NCBI GenBank assembly: GCA_002189035.1
Contig: CM007990.1
Span: 2,480,001-2,544,000 of the forward strand
DNA: 64,000 bases
Reading direction: 5' to 3'
DNA from: Utricularia gibba
Lineage: Eukaryota; Plantae; Magnoliophyta
Below the pieces are notes generated by a model that was given only the letters and a program-made list of their open reading frames with translations, searched no databases and was not told where the DNA came from. Positions 36,382-49,333 of this stretch are shown piece after piece. Numbering within the stretch: position 1 is the first letter of the stretch; every line of letters starts with the position of its first letter. Made by a program: the position numbers and the translations under genes.

Positions 36382-39300
36382 TGTCGTCACACTATCAGTG
36401 AAGTTTAACTAGAATTTGGAAGAGGGATTTGTATGAGATACCCAAAATATGAACAAATTGTATTGTAATCACAAGAACTACTAGAATTGGTACATCTCGT
36501 ATAATTGTTTATACAACCAGTATTAATGGGGAAGTGTGTACAATTGTCCTAATGTTGTGTGTCATTTCCTCAACAAATTTTAAATATATAAAACGTAGAA
36601 CACAAAAGAGCATAGTACGAGTATCGATCTTAGAGAGTTGTTTTGTGAAAAGTGTTTTGTAGGAAATTTCACAAATTGTCACGGATTTGTAAAAGAGGGC
36701 TTGAAATGCAGAAATAAAAGTTATAACTTAAGTGATGGACCTTGACTAAGGGTTATAGTTCTTGGGAATGAGATTCCGCTTCCTTCTTTTGTCTATCCTC
36801 GCCTCGGTTTTCACTGGTTCCTTCTGAATAGCTGGTTATAGGAGCTAGGAATAGCCTACTCTCCCTTACATTCTAATTGACAAGGAGGCACGGGAATAGT
36901 CTCATGTAATTCCCCCTTGGACGATTAAGAAGACAAGAGGTCACTACTCGTCCACTATCGCAGTACCTCAGCCACGAACAATATGCTACTTCCCTCGAAC
37001 CGGTAGGGTTGGAGTTGGTGCTCTTTACCTTGCTCTTCATTAAGATCCGCGAGGAGTGGCCAGCTACTCATAGACTGTGACTAGGAGTCGTTACAGAAAT
37101 ACTGCAACAAGATGCGTGGAAGTATGCAAAATCCAGAGTGAATTCAGCAAAGAACCCAAGTTTAGTACTCAAGATTTGGAAGAAAACTTCATCTACTCCC
37201 AGAAACTAAAAGAGTTTAGCCACAAAGGACCATGAAAACAGAAACGAAAATGGAAGCTAAAGTGTTCTTCCTCTCTTGGAGAAAGTTCAAAAGTGTAACA
37301 TCTCAAAAGTTGAAAAATCCAAAAATAAGTGTTTCGAGTTGATTTTATATCAGTTCCCACATGCATTAACTCCTTCTGGTCATCTTCCCATCATTCCTTC
37401 TGTTTCGCGTTCATCACCAGCTTTCCTTAGCATGAAAGTTAACGTCCAATCATTGCTGCAGACTCTGACATGCGGTAAGTCATGGACCTTAACTAGTGTT
37501 AGTCTTCTGCTCAAAATTGTTCCAAGTCGCATGCAAGGCATGAGAAGTCAAAGTCTAACCTCTTGCAATACTCATGCAACACTCCATGACTGCTTCCTGA
37601 CATATTTCGGTCAAAGTGCATGAAAAAGACAAAGAAAATATATACAAAATAGAAAAAGAGTAATTTTCTAATAAAATCAAATATTTAACAATAAGACTTC
37701 TAATTTGGGTGACTTAACATTAGATTAATATATAATAATACATAATAATAAACTAGAAAATGACACCTAACATATTCTTCCATACTTAAATCATGCTTGT
37801 CCTCAAGTATGAAAATCATAATAATCCACGAAAAAGGACATAACCTAAGTCATGATGCATTACTAAGGCACATTCATCCTACATCAGGTATTTACTCTAA
37901 TTCTTTTTCTATCCTTCAATCAAATTAAGGATAGTCCATCAAGTTTGCATGTATCACATAAAGACTTATACACTAACATTATCATGGTAAATAAAAGCAA
38001 CAAGGAGCACATACTATAGTGACTAAAGAACTCTTCTTTTTTCTCTTTTTTTTTCTTCTTTTTTTTTATGAGAGAGAGGTCCCCGCTTAGGGGAAGAATG
38101 TTTGGATTACTAAACCTTATGTGTGGTGGTTACCACAGTTTCGTCAAACATCCTTACATTTGGCACCTCAAATATTTTTTCTTCTCTTTTCTTTTCGGTC
38201 TCGGTCTGGTCACTATAGGAGCAGAAAAAAATTATTCACAACATAATATATACAAGGAATGAAAATGTAGTCATAGTCATGGTATAGTCTTTCCTAAAAC
38301 ATGCAACAAAAGCTTGATATCTAGAAAGAAAAATAATTGGAGTATTTTCCTAGCAACAAGGAATTCATGAACCTAAGCATGATCAATCCTAGAAATTCTA
38401 GCCTTATTCATGAAAATAAATATACTTGAGGAGCATAGTGGAGATTTTTCACAAACAAAAACAAAAAAAGAAAAATGAAACATGAAGCATGAAAGAAAAA
38501 AGAAAAAATTCAATATAGTAACACATAAGTCCTAATGCCCAAAGAATACTAAAAATTAAAAAGAAACGTAAAATCCTCCCCCACACTTAATTCAAGTGCA
38601 GCATAGGGTACCTTAGTCATAGGGCATTTCAAAGTGTGAAGCAATAGCCATAAGAGTGTCCACTTTCATGGAAAGCGCAGAAACTTGTTTCTGAAGACTC
38701 TGAATAGCTAGCAGAAGGGTATGCTTGGTGGGGCTTGATGGTGCAGCGCTCAAGGGGATGTCTGTTGGTGCACCGTATGGGTTCACAATGGAGGGAGGCA
38801 TGGAAGTAATGATACTCTTGGTACCCGCTTGCACAAAAACAGCCTTCCTTTCAATCTCCTTCAGGTAGCTACAATAAAACAAGTCATCTAAATCTAGATA
38901 ACGAAAATGATTGTCTACCTGAGGAGTCTATTTGTCAAGGTTAACTTTCAGGTGTTGGGCGAGCTTGGTGATGAGGGAAGCAATGGGGAACACCCTCTCA
39001 TTCTTAGCGATGATGGAATGCATTTGAGTTGCAATCCACCATCCCAAATTAATGGACAGCTTCTTCATCATCGTCCATAGGAAAAACACAATAACCTTTG
39101 CAATGATGCTGGTGCCTTGTCGCGTTGCACTGTAACAATCTCCCAAATATCTGTTCAACACTAAAAGAGCACGGGCCCTCAAGTAATGGGCCTTGAGTTT
39201 GTGTACAGAATATGAGGGCTCACAGACAGACATGGATGCATAGACATTCATCACATTAAAATGTTCGGGATGATGACAGTAGGCTTGGAGGTAACGTGTA

Positions 39301-39850
39301 GTGGCTAAATCAGATTCAGAAATAAACCCTAAAGTCACATTAAAATCATTGATAGACATACAAAAATTTTTACTACCAAGGTGAAAAGAAATCAATTCCT
39401 CAACAAGGGGATTTCCACCCACATCCTCAAACATAAAAGTTGTATAAAATTCAAATACAAGTTTGGGATATACCGGCAAACTAATTTCAGAAAATCTATG
39501 CCACTTAGGGGAAGCATCAAAAAATCGCTTGATATCATCAAGCAAGTTCAGATGCACTAAAGTAGACGTATGTAATTTAAAATGAAACAAAATTCTACGC
39601 GAGGTTAAGAGATTAAATAAGGGTTGAGCGTTTTTATCCGAAAATCTCACAATGTTTTTCAGTTGAGTCCAAGTAGGGGACTCCAGGGCTCGGTCTCGTC
39701 AAAATTTTGTGCGACCGCTCTACCCTTTACCAGGCTATGTGGGCTGAGTTGCCTCGTCAACATCCTATTGATAGGACAGCTTCCCAAAAATATGAACATG
39801 TCTGTGACAGATCTTCATGTGTCAAGGCCTTTGACCTTGTCACAATCACT
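36382..39850 (-). mobile_element. 3' half of Athila-like element C (same family as element A): ORF2 remnant, 3' non-coding region, complete 3' LTR 37772-36382
   Basis: Reverse complement of 36650-37772 aligns with 7717-8903; 37780-39850 aligns with 12200-14215; LTR left end at TGT 36382 is inferred from TG...CA rule. Confidence 0.8.
38613..39650 (-). pseudogene. Athila ORF2 / env-like remnant of element C
   Basis: 240-aa open segment RFSDKNAQ...PVYPKLVFEFYTT...LITKLAQHLKVNL plus 89-aa segment, colinear with 12242-13382. Confidence 0.75.
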
Positions 39851-40321
39851 GAAGGCCATAGTCATAAGCTAGGATGGCTATGAGTGTTTGTAGAGAAGTT
39901 TCATTCTTGGTACACCTTTTAGGTACTTGAGAACATGTAGCATAGTAGCAAATTGAAGCTTAGTTGTAGAGCACATATAGTAGACTAAAATTTGTACTAC
40001 ATGTGAGATGTTCAGTCTGGTTAGTGACAAATAGATCAATTTTTCAATCAGTTGTTTATATGATGTCAAGTCTTTAATTTCATATGAGTCTTGTTGACGT
40101 AGTTGATGACTCCTGTCTGGGGATTTTTGACATAGAAAAATCCATTGCCTTGAATAAACAATTTCTACTGCAAGAAAATACTAAGATTGACCGAGATCCT
40201 TCAATATGAATTGAGTTTTTAAGAAGTCAACTAATGATTCTAGTAACTCTTTGGATGAACTACCAATTACAATATCATCAATGTATACTAGCAAGGCAAT
40301 AAAGTCATCATAAGACTTATA

Positions 40322-42223
40322 TGAGGGTAGCCGGATTTTGTGGAAAAGTGCATGCATGCGACCTGTGTTTTGCTCTATCTGCACTAGGACTTACTTGTGA
40401 ATTGCTTGTACGTGGCTTGCTAGTATGTGGATGTGTGGGTTGCACTGCGTTAGATACATAGACTGTGGCTGATGCACATAAAAAAATTTTGATGATAAAA
40501 GGCAAGCTCAAATCTAAAAAGTCGAGCTATATATATAAAAAATAAAAGAGAAGAAGAGAAAAGCAGAGAGGTACAAAAGGTGGGCACACTAGAAAAGCCG
40601 TGCTGTAAAAAAAAATCTTGTAGAAAATAAGAGCTTGAGGCTTAGACACTATGAGCTCATCATTTTCCTTGAATATTTTTAGTGGTCTGGCCAACCGCTC
40701 TAGGAGAAATAAGGATGAACAAAGGGAAGGGAATGTGACTAAGTCATAGTGGAAGAGTTCTCAAGTCTCTATGCTCTTGTTTAGTACCTTCATGTGCATC
40801 ATTTTCATTTTCAACCACCACTTTTGTTATAAGTTATATGTGTCTTGCAAGGTAAAACTCATACATGTCACTGTTAGTATGCTACTGCCTGTTAGGATCA
40901 AGTTCGTACTTGTGCAGATGTGATTTTTGAACACTTGAAGCATGCGAGTAACCTCTACTATCTGTGCTTGAGTGAAACTATTCTTACCAGCACTTGCTAC
41001 CTCTTCTCTTCACTCCTTGCATGGATAGCACGAATCGGAAACCTTTTCTTTGCCTCAGCAGACTCAATCTTAGATAGTTTTTGTTCTCTTTTTTTTTTTT
41101 TTTTTTTGTTTTAGACTTGAGGACAAGTCTAGAGTCGTTAAAGGATAGTGTGATAACACCGTTTTTATTGTGGTTTTATATATATTTTTAAGTGTATTTT
41201 GTAGGGTTAAATGTTGTTTAGTGTGCTAAATTGTCTTCTTTTGCGTATGTAGACTATAAAAATGTGTTTATTGTGAAAACAGGCTCAATTGGCAACAATT
41301 GAGCCGAAAACTCTAATATTTCGTCTAGTCTGTATTTTAAGTCTTACCAGGGTAAGAGCTAGTACTGTAGTAACGCATTTTCCGCGATGACAAATCAAAG
41401 GGGACAAAAAAGCTGTGCAAAAGTCACTTTATGTTGAAAGTAGCCGCCCTTCTGAGAAGATAAGATTTGTAGCAAAGATCTCCCTTCTAGAAGCTTGAGG
41501 AAAAAGCTACCCTTACTTTTGAGCTGCAAAAGGGAAAAGGAAGGGAGAGAGAAAAAAAGGACGCACTGTGCACGCAAAGTGCACAAACAGACAAACACCA
41601 ACGAAGAGGGAGCAAGGAGCACTTCGTTTCTCCGGCAAACATCTCCGGCAACCTCCAGATCTACGTTTCTACACTACCTTTCTGCCCAGAAACTTGATTT
41701 TCAACATATCTACGACCGAGAGCGACCGCTAGACACTTTATTTTCTATTTTGTGCACTTCCATTTCATTGACGAACTCACTAATGTTACTTTATGCATTT
41801 TTATGCTTTCTGTTATGTTCTTGCACCTTGTCATGAACGATAAATCCTCTGTAGACCTTATTTCAGTTTATGAACATGTTCTTTCTTAAGCCTTTCCTGT
41901 TTGCCTTTAAGTGTAACATGCTATTTACTATTCTCGCAAACCCATGATCTACTTTCAAGCGTTTTAAAGCTGGATTTAAGGCTATGGGCTCTCTTGAGTG
42001 ACACAAGAGCTAGAGCCTGTTGTAAAACCTAGTAAAATCACTCTTATTTTATGTTTCCTATGCATTCATGTTAATTTCAATGTCTCTTGCAACCATTTCC
42101 GGTGGATTCGACCCTTGTTTGCCACACTACATTAATTCCTGTGATTTGTGTAATAGAATAGCTAGGTTTATAAATTTCTTTTGATGTGTTGAATGTGCTA
42201 GACCGCGACACTTAGTAACCTCA
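40322..42223 (+). mobile_element. 1.9-kb Athila-like insertion (3' non-coding segment plus LTR 41151-42223) inside the copia RT
   Basis: Ends TGAGGGTA...TAACCTCA with flanks TTATA/TTCTA (4/5 TSD); copia RT reads through when removed; internal hairpin and LTR start TGATAACAC at 41151. Confidence 0.6.
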
Positions 42224-42636
42224 TTCTAAACGTTCATCAGCTCCATTGCTTGAGAGATTGTTTGAGACCATATAATGATTTTTAGAGTTAGCATATGAGT
42301 TTCCCACCTCTCCTTGCTCGTCGGTTATGTTGGTAGCTTTTAAGGACCTCCATGTGTATGCATTCGTCCAAATCCCTATTTAGGAAAGCATTATCAATAT
42401 CGAGTTGTCATAGTACCCACGAGTTGGATGTTGCAAGTGCAAAGAAGGTCCTTATGATGCTTTGCAACTAGACTAAAAGTTTCTTCATAGTTAAAGCTAT
42501 GTACTTGGCTTACCCCTCTTGCCACCAACCTGGCTTTTTTTTCTTTTAAAAATATTATCATATAAGAGTTTAATCTTATAGACTCACTTGTAACCAATGA
42601 CATGAGTATCATGAGGTATCTTCATGATTTCCCAAG

Positions 42637-43241
42637 TGATGAGCCCCAGGAAGATAATGAAGTGTATTTGAAGAATGATGAGGAGTTTGTCCAAGTGAAC
42701 ACATTAGAAACAAAGATGATTCCACCAAGACCAATGACTAGGAGCAAGACAAAGATGGTTGAAGATACACTTAAGGCTCTACTCAATACCATTGGAATCA
42801 AACATGGGCTTGAAGACATCCCATCAAAAGAGCTTAACTACTTGAAGGTGGATTTACCATAAAGCATTGGGCTTGTTAGACTTTTCTATTTCATTTAGTT
42901 TGGGCTATATAATGTTAGAGCCCAATTCTAGAGTATAAATACTCTAGAGATGTTCTATTTCAAGACTTTTAGTCATTTTTCATATATGTGGTGAGGATTC
43001 TCCTCCTCTTTGAGTGCTTGTACACTCTTAACATATCAAATTTTGAGCTTGTGGCGTTCTAGGATTATCACTTCCAATCACTTCTCTTTTCTGAAGTATG
43101 GCTCCTAATTTTCTTTGTTTCGAAGTCTGGTTGCATGAGATTCATTCTCTTGAGGGTAGACTTGGGTAGGTTACTTTCTAAGCTTCAGAATCATCGCTTG
43201 TTCGTGGGTTGCTAATCTCAATAGATTAGAGGGTCACATCA
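42637..43241 (+). repeat. CRM 5' LTR
   Basis: Direct repeat of 48729-49333; TATAAATA at ~42934. Confidence 0.95.
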
Positions 43242-43243
43242 TT

Positions 43244-43255
43244 TGGTATCAGAGC
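43244..43255 (+). promoter_or_regulatory. Primer-binding site TGGTATCAGAGC (tRNA-iMet)
   Basis: Exact motif 2 nt after the 5' LTR. Confidence 0.92.
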
Positions 43256-44076
43256 TTTGGGTTCCTTCTCCTTATTATTATCCTGTTCTTGTTTGAGTTC
43301 TTCCATTCTTGCCTATTCAAAAAAAAAAAAAAAAGAAACGTTCAAGCCAAGTCCTTCTTAGTACTTTTGGCTTTAGCACAAAAAAAAAAAAAGGGTTCAC
43401 AGAAAGTTGATTGAAAAGGAGCTCGAAATTGAGTGTCAATTGAATAGCAAGAGCACATTGAATATCATTTTCAAGTGTGTAAGAGGATAAGGAGTGTGAA
43501 GGTGAACATCCATCACCCATCACTATCATCCATTATTGTGTATGTTTTTTTTTGTGACCCATCTCTCTACTTTTCCCATTCCACCAAGCAACAACTTTAT
43601 TGTTGTTTTTCTTATCTTCAATTCCCATCCCCTGTCATTTACGTGTCCCCACCTTTCCATTTGACTATTCTCTTTGTTGATTGTCCATTCCTGTATTTCT
43701 ACAGTTTAGCAAGCAGCACATTTCGTGTGTAGTACTCTATTCTCTGATTTCATATGTTCTTACCTTGTTATCCATCCCTCCTATTTATCTACTCCAACAA
43801 GCAACCAATTTCATTTAAAAACACTTCCCTTTGTGTCCATCATGAGATTATTACCACTGCCACCCTCACCTAACTCCATCATAATATCCTAGTCAATACC
43901 AATCTGGAAGTGATTAGTTCTTAAGGTGCCATGAGGTAAAGCATGATGATGTTATGGAGTGCATCAAGGACTTGAAGTTTGAGGATTGAATGGTAAACCT
44001 TGTGTGTGTTTCTTTATTCTTTTAGTTTAGTCTCTTTTCTTCTTTGCTGCTCGTTTTCTTTTGTCCTGTATTTAGG

Positions 44077-47000
44077 ATGTCAAATTCCAGAAGTGAGCAT
44101 GAAAAGGATGACTCATCGGATGAGAGGTTCACTTTGAAAGCTATGCAACAGGAATTCACAAGATTGCATCGCATTCTGGAAAACATAAATGTCAGGCTTG
44201 ATGAACACGAAAATTCTTTGCAAAATGTTGCAAGAGCACGAAGACAAGATAATTATGCTGCTGGAAGGGGTCGAGGCAGTCAAATGCATCAACGCATCAA
44301 CACTGAACATGACGTAAGTGATCAACGAAGTGCAAGGACTGTTGGAAGAAGAGATCGAATCCTGAATACTGATGAAGAAGATGACTACATTGAACATAGT
44401 GAAAATGATTTTGTACATGGGGATACAAGAAGATTTCGAGATCAGGGAGGTAGGAGAGATGGAGGAAGAATTGGAAAGGATGTTAACAACATCAAGATGA
44501 AGATACCTCAATTTCAAGGAAAGAATGATCCAGATGCATATCTCCAGTGGGAAACAAGAGTAGAACATGTCTTTGATTGTAACAATTTTTCTGAAGAAAA
44601 GAAAATCAGATTGGCCTCCATGGAATTTAGTGACTATGCTGTAATTTGGTGGGATCAATTGGTGGCTAAAAGAAGGATTGACTCTGAAGAACCAATTCAT
44701 ACTTGGGGCGAGATGAAAAGAATTATGAGGAGGCGGTTTGTTCCAAACCATTACCAAAGAGATGTTTATCAACGTTTGCAAAATCTCAAGCAGGGCTCAA
44801 GGCCAGTGGAGGAATATTGGCAGGAAATGGAGATCTTAATGATTAGAGCTCATGTTCATGAAGATAGGGAAGCAACTATGGCTAGGTTTCTTCATGGGAT
44901 GAATAAGGAGATTGCAAATATTGTGGAGCTTCATCACTACATTGAGATGGAGGACATGATTCATATGGCCACAAAAGTTGAGAAACAACTCTCTAACAAG
45001 AGTTTTGCTCGAGATTTCAACAAGAGACCTCCTGGTTCAAGATTTGGAGGCACCAAAGAGTTACTGGAGAGAAATAAGGGGAAGTTATCCACAGAAAACT
45101 TGAAATTCAACATCTCATCAAGTTCCAAGCATGGGGAGCGAATACCACCTCCAAAGGGCACTACAAGGAACATAAAATGTTTCAAATGTTTGGGGCATGG
45201 ACATATTGCTTCTGAATGTCCAAATAAACGAGCAATGGTGATAAGAGGCAATGGAGAAGTGGTTAGTGAAGATGAGGATGATCTGGTGGAGACCGAAGCT
45301 GAATTGAGTGATGAGGATGAATTGCCTGTTTCTGGAGAAGTCTTAGTCACTCTAAGAACACTTAACATTGGAGTGAAGGATAATGATGGGCAAAGGGAAA
45401 ACTTGTTTCAAACACGATGCTTTGTTAATGGGAAAGTTTGTAGCCTGATTATTGATGGAGGTAGTTGCACTAATGTTGCCAGCAACATCTTGGTGGAGAA
45501 ATTGAGACTACCAACCGTGAGGCACCCTAAGCCTTACAATTTGCAGTGGTTCAATGAGGGAAGTGAAGTGAAGGTTACCAAACAAGTGCTTGTGGCGTTT
45601 TCCATAGGGAGATATGAAGATGAAGTCTTATGTGATGTTGTCCCTATGCATGCAAGTCATATTCTTCTTGGGAGGCCTTGGGAATATGATAGAAAAGCAT
45701 TTCATGATGGTTTCAAGAACAGGTATTCCTTCAATCATAATGGACGCTCCATCACACTTGCTCCATTATCTCCAAAGGAGGCACATGAAGATCAAGTCAG
45801 AATCCTGAGTGATGCTAGAGTCCTACATAGTGATAATGGAAAGCACAAGGAGGTCGTTCCTAAGGGAGAAGAGAAGAGTGGAGTGAAAATGAGTGAAAAA
45901 AATATGCGAAAAAGTGGAGAGAAAAGAAGAGATGGGAAGGAATTGAGTGAAAAAAAGGATGAAAATGAGCGCAAAACAGAAAGTGGAAACATAAGAGTTT
46001 TAGAAATTGAGAGACACTTACTTCATGCTAGGCAACCATTCATTCTACTCATGTATAAGGATGAAGTTCCTACTTCCCCTAACCATGCTTCATCCATTCC
46101 ATCTTGTGTTGTGTCTCTCTTACAGGTATATGAAGATATTTTTCCAGAAGAACTTCAAGGCTTACCCCCCTTAGAGGGATTGAGCATCAAATTGACCTTG
46201 TCCCTGGAGCACAACTCCCAAACCGACCAGCATACCGAACCAATCCAGAGGAGACGAAGGAAATACAAAAACAAGTTGAGGAATTGGTGTCTAAAGGATT
46301 TGTGCGTGAGAGCATGAGCCCCTGCTCAGTGCCGGTGTTATTGGTTCCAAAGTCGGATGGAACTTGGCGGATGTGTACTGATTGTCGCGCCATCAACAAC
46401 ATCACAATCAAGTATAGACATCCTATCCCTAGACTTGAAGATATGCTTGATGAATTGCATGGTGCTTGTGTTTTTAGTAAGATTGATTTGAGAAGTGGGT
46501 ATCATCAAATTAGAATGAAGGAAGGTGATGAGTGGAAAACTGCTTTTAAAACTAAGTTTGGTTTGTATGAGTGGGTTGTTATGCCTTTTGGGTTAACCAA
46601 TGCTCCTAGCACCTTTATGAGATTGATGAATCACGTTCTTAGGCCTTTTATAGGTAGATTTATTGTTGTTTATTTTGATGATATTCTGATCTATAGTAAG
46701 AGTATTGAGGAACATGTAGAGCATTTGAAAGATGTGTTAGATACTCTTAGAAAAGAGAAGTTGTTTGCTAACATCAAGAAGTGTGTCTTTTGCACAAATA
46801 GTGTCTCTTTTCTTGGATATGTTGTAAGTGATGCAGGAGTAGCTGTGGATGAAGAAAAAGTAAGAGCAATTAAAGAATGGCCAACACCTAAATCAGTGGG
46901 TGAAGTTAGGAGTTTTCATAGTTTAGCAAGTTTCTATAGACGGTTTGTTAGGGACTTCAGCTCTATAGCAGCACCCCTCACCCAGTTGATCAAGAAAAAT

Positions 47001-48954
47001 CATGCATTTCATTGGGGAGATGAGCAGGAACATGCTTTCAAACAACTCAAGAATAAGCTTTGCTCAACACCTCTTCTAGCACTTCCAAATTTTTCTGATA
47101 CTTTTGAAATTGAATATGATGCATCAGGTTTAGGCATTGGTGCTGTGTTGATGCAAAATGGACGTCCACTTGCTTATTTTAGTGAGAAGCTTCATGGTGC
47201 CACCCTCAACTATCCAACATATGACAAAGAGTTGTATGCGTTGGTTAGAGCTTTGGAGACATGGCAGCACTACTTGTGGCCTAAGGAGTTCATGATACAC
47301 ACTGATCATGAGTCTCTCAAACATTTGAAGGCTCAAGGAAAGCTGAATAGAAGACATGCTAAGTGGGTGGAATTCATTGACACATTCCCATATGTGATCA
47401 AATACAAGAAAGGTAAGGAGAATGTGGTTGCTGATGCTTTATCTCGAAGGTATACTCTTTTAGCCAATCTTGATGCAAGAATTCTTGGATTTGCTTCCAT
47501 AATTAACTTATACGTTCATAATCACGATTTTGGGGATATTTATAAGGCATGTGAACTTGCTCCATCTGGACTATTCTTCAGGAAAGATGATTTTCTTTAT
47601 AGGAAAGATAGACTGTGCATTCCTTCTTGCTCCATACGTGATTTGATTGTTAGAGAAGCTCATGGTGGGGGACTAATGGGACATTTTGGTGTTAAAAAGA
47701 CTCTTGATACTCTCACCCAACATTTCTTTTGGCCACACATGAGAAGGGATGTTGAAAGAATTTGTTCTAGATGTATCTCTTGTAGGAAGGCTAAATCAAC
47801 CACTACCCCTAATGGTTTGTATACTCCACTCCCTACTCCTTCTCAACCATGGGTGGACATTTCTATGGACTTTTTTTTAGGCTTACCTCGTACCCAAAGG
47901 GGTATAGATTCAATTTTCGTTGTTGTGGACAGGTTTTCAAAGATGGCACACTTTATTCCTTGCTATAAAACTGATGATGCATCTCATGTGGCTGATCTCT
48001 ACTTTAGGAAGTTGTTAGACTTCACGGTATGCCCCTAACTATTGTCTCTGATCGAGATGCAAGGTTTCTGAGTCACTTTTGGAGAGTTCTTTGGAGTAAA
48101 CTTGGCACTAAGCTGTTGTACTCAACATCATGTCACCCTCAAACCAATGGACAAACTGAGGTAACTAATCGCACACTTTCTACCTTACTTAGGATTATGA
48201 TTAAATCAAATCTTAAGACTTGGGAGGAATGTTTGCCACTTGTTGAGTTTGCTTACAATAGAACCATGCATCTCACTACTAAATTATCTCCCTTTGAAGT
48301 GGTTTATGGATTTAATCCTCTTACACCTTTGGATATGTTACCTTTGCCTTGTGATGAGAAAGTTAGTTTAGATGGCAAGAAGAGAGCTGATGCAATCAGA
48401 AGATTGCATGAAAAGGTGAAACAACAGATTGAATGCAACAATGCAAAGTATGCATCAGCAGCAAACAAGGGAGGCGCAAAGTTGTATTTGAACCGGGAGA
48501 TTGGGTTTGGCTTCATCTCAGGAAGGAGAGATTTCCCACCAAGAGGAAGTCAAAACTTCTACCTCGTGGAGATGGCCCTTTCCAAGTTGTTGAGCGCGTG
48601 AATGATAATGCATACAAGCTAGATTTACCAGGTGAGTATTCTGTTCATTCAACTTTCAATGTTGCTGATTTGTCTCTTTTCGACATGGATACAGATTCAG
48701 GGACGAATCTTCCTAAAGAAGGGGGGGATGATGAGCCCCAGGAAGATAATGAAGTGTATTTGAAGAATGATGAGGAGTTTGTCCAAGTGAACACATTAGA
48801 AACAAAGATGATTCCACCAAGACCAATGACTAGGAGCAAGACAAAGATGGTTGAAGATACACTTAAGGCTCTACTCAATACCATTGGAATCAAACATGGG
48901 CTTGAAGACATCCCATCAAAAGAGCTTAACTACTTGAAGGTGGATTTACCATAA
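44077..48954 (+). CDS. CRM gag-pol polyprotein (gag, zinc knuckle, protease, RT, RNase H, integrase, CR motif) with three 1-nt frameshifts (~46165, ~48007, ~48470)
   Basis: [101 protein letters not shown]; no in-frame stops once the three shifts are corrected. Confidence 0.9.
48715..48728 (+). promoter_or_regulatory. Polypurine tract AAAGAAGGGGGGGA of the CRM element
   Basis: All-purine run immediately before the 3' LTR. Confidence 0.85.
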
Positions 48955-49333
48955 AGCATTGGGCTTGTTAGACTTTTCTATTTCATTTAGTTTGGGCTAT
49001 ATAATGTTAGAGCCCAATTCTAGAGTATAAATACTCTAGAGATGTTCTATTTCAAGACTTTTAGTCATTTTTCATATATGTGGTGAGGATTCTCCTCCTC
49101 TTTAAGTGCTTGTACACTCTTAACTTATCAAGCTTTGAGCTTGTGGCGTTCTAGGATTATCACTTCCAATCCCTTCTCTTTTCTGAAGTGTGGCTCCTAA
49201 TTTTCTTTGTTTCGAAGTCTGGTTGCATGAGATTCATTCTCTTGAGGGTAGACTTGGGTAGGTTACTTTCTAAGCTTTAGAATCATCGCTTGTTCGTGGG
49301 TTGCTAATCTTAATAGATTAGAGGGTCACATCA
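48729..49333 (+). repeat. CRM 3' LTR
   Basis: Direct repeat of 42637-43241, followed by TSD CCAAG. Confidence 0.95.

Larger units (their letters stand above)
42637..49333 (+). mobile_element. Full-length CRM-clade (centromeric-retrotransposon type) Ty3/gypsy element, young; TSD CCAAG
   Basis: 605-bp LTRs 42637-43241 and 48729-49333 (TGATG...CATCA, 8 mismatches), CCAAG at 42632-42636 and 49334-49338, tRNA-Met PBS, PPT, gag-pol whose integrase tail runs into the 3' LTR. Confidence 0.95.

Noticed and set aside
42602-42862. 86-aa ORF identical to the end of ORF 48433-48954
   Set aside because: It is the integrase tail duplicated as part of the LTR, not a separate gene.
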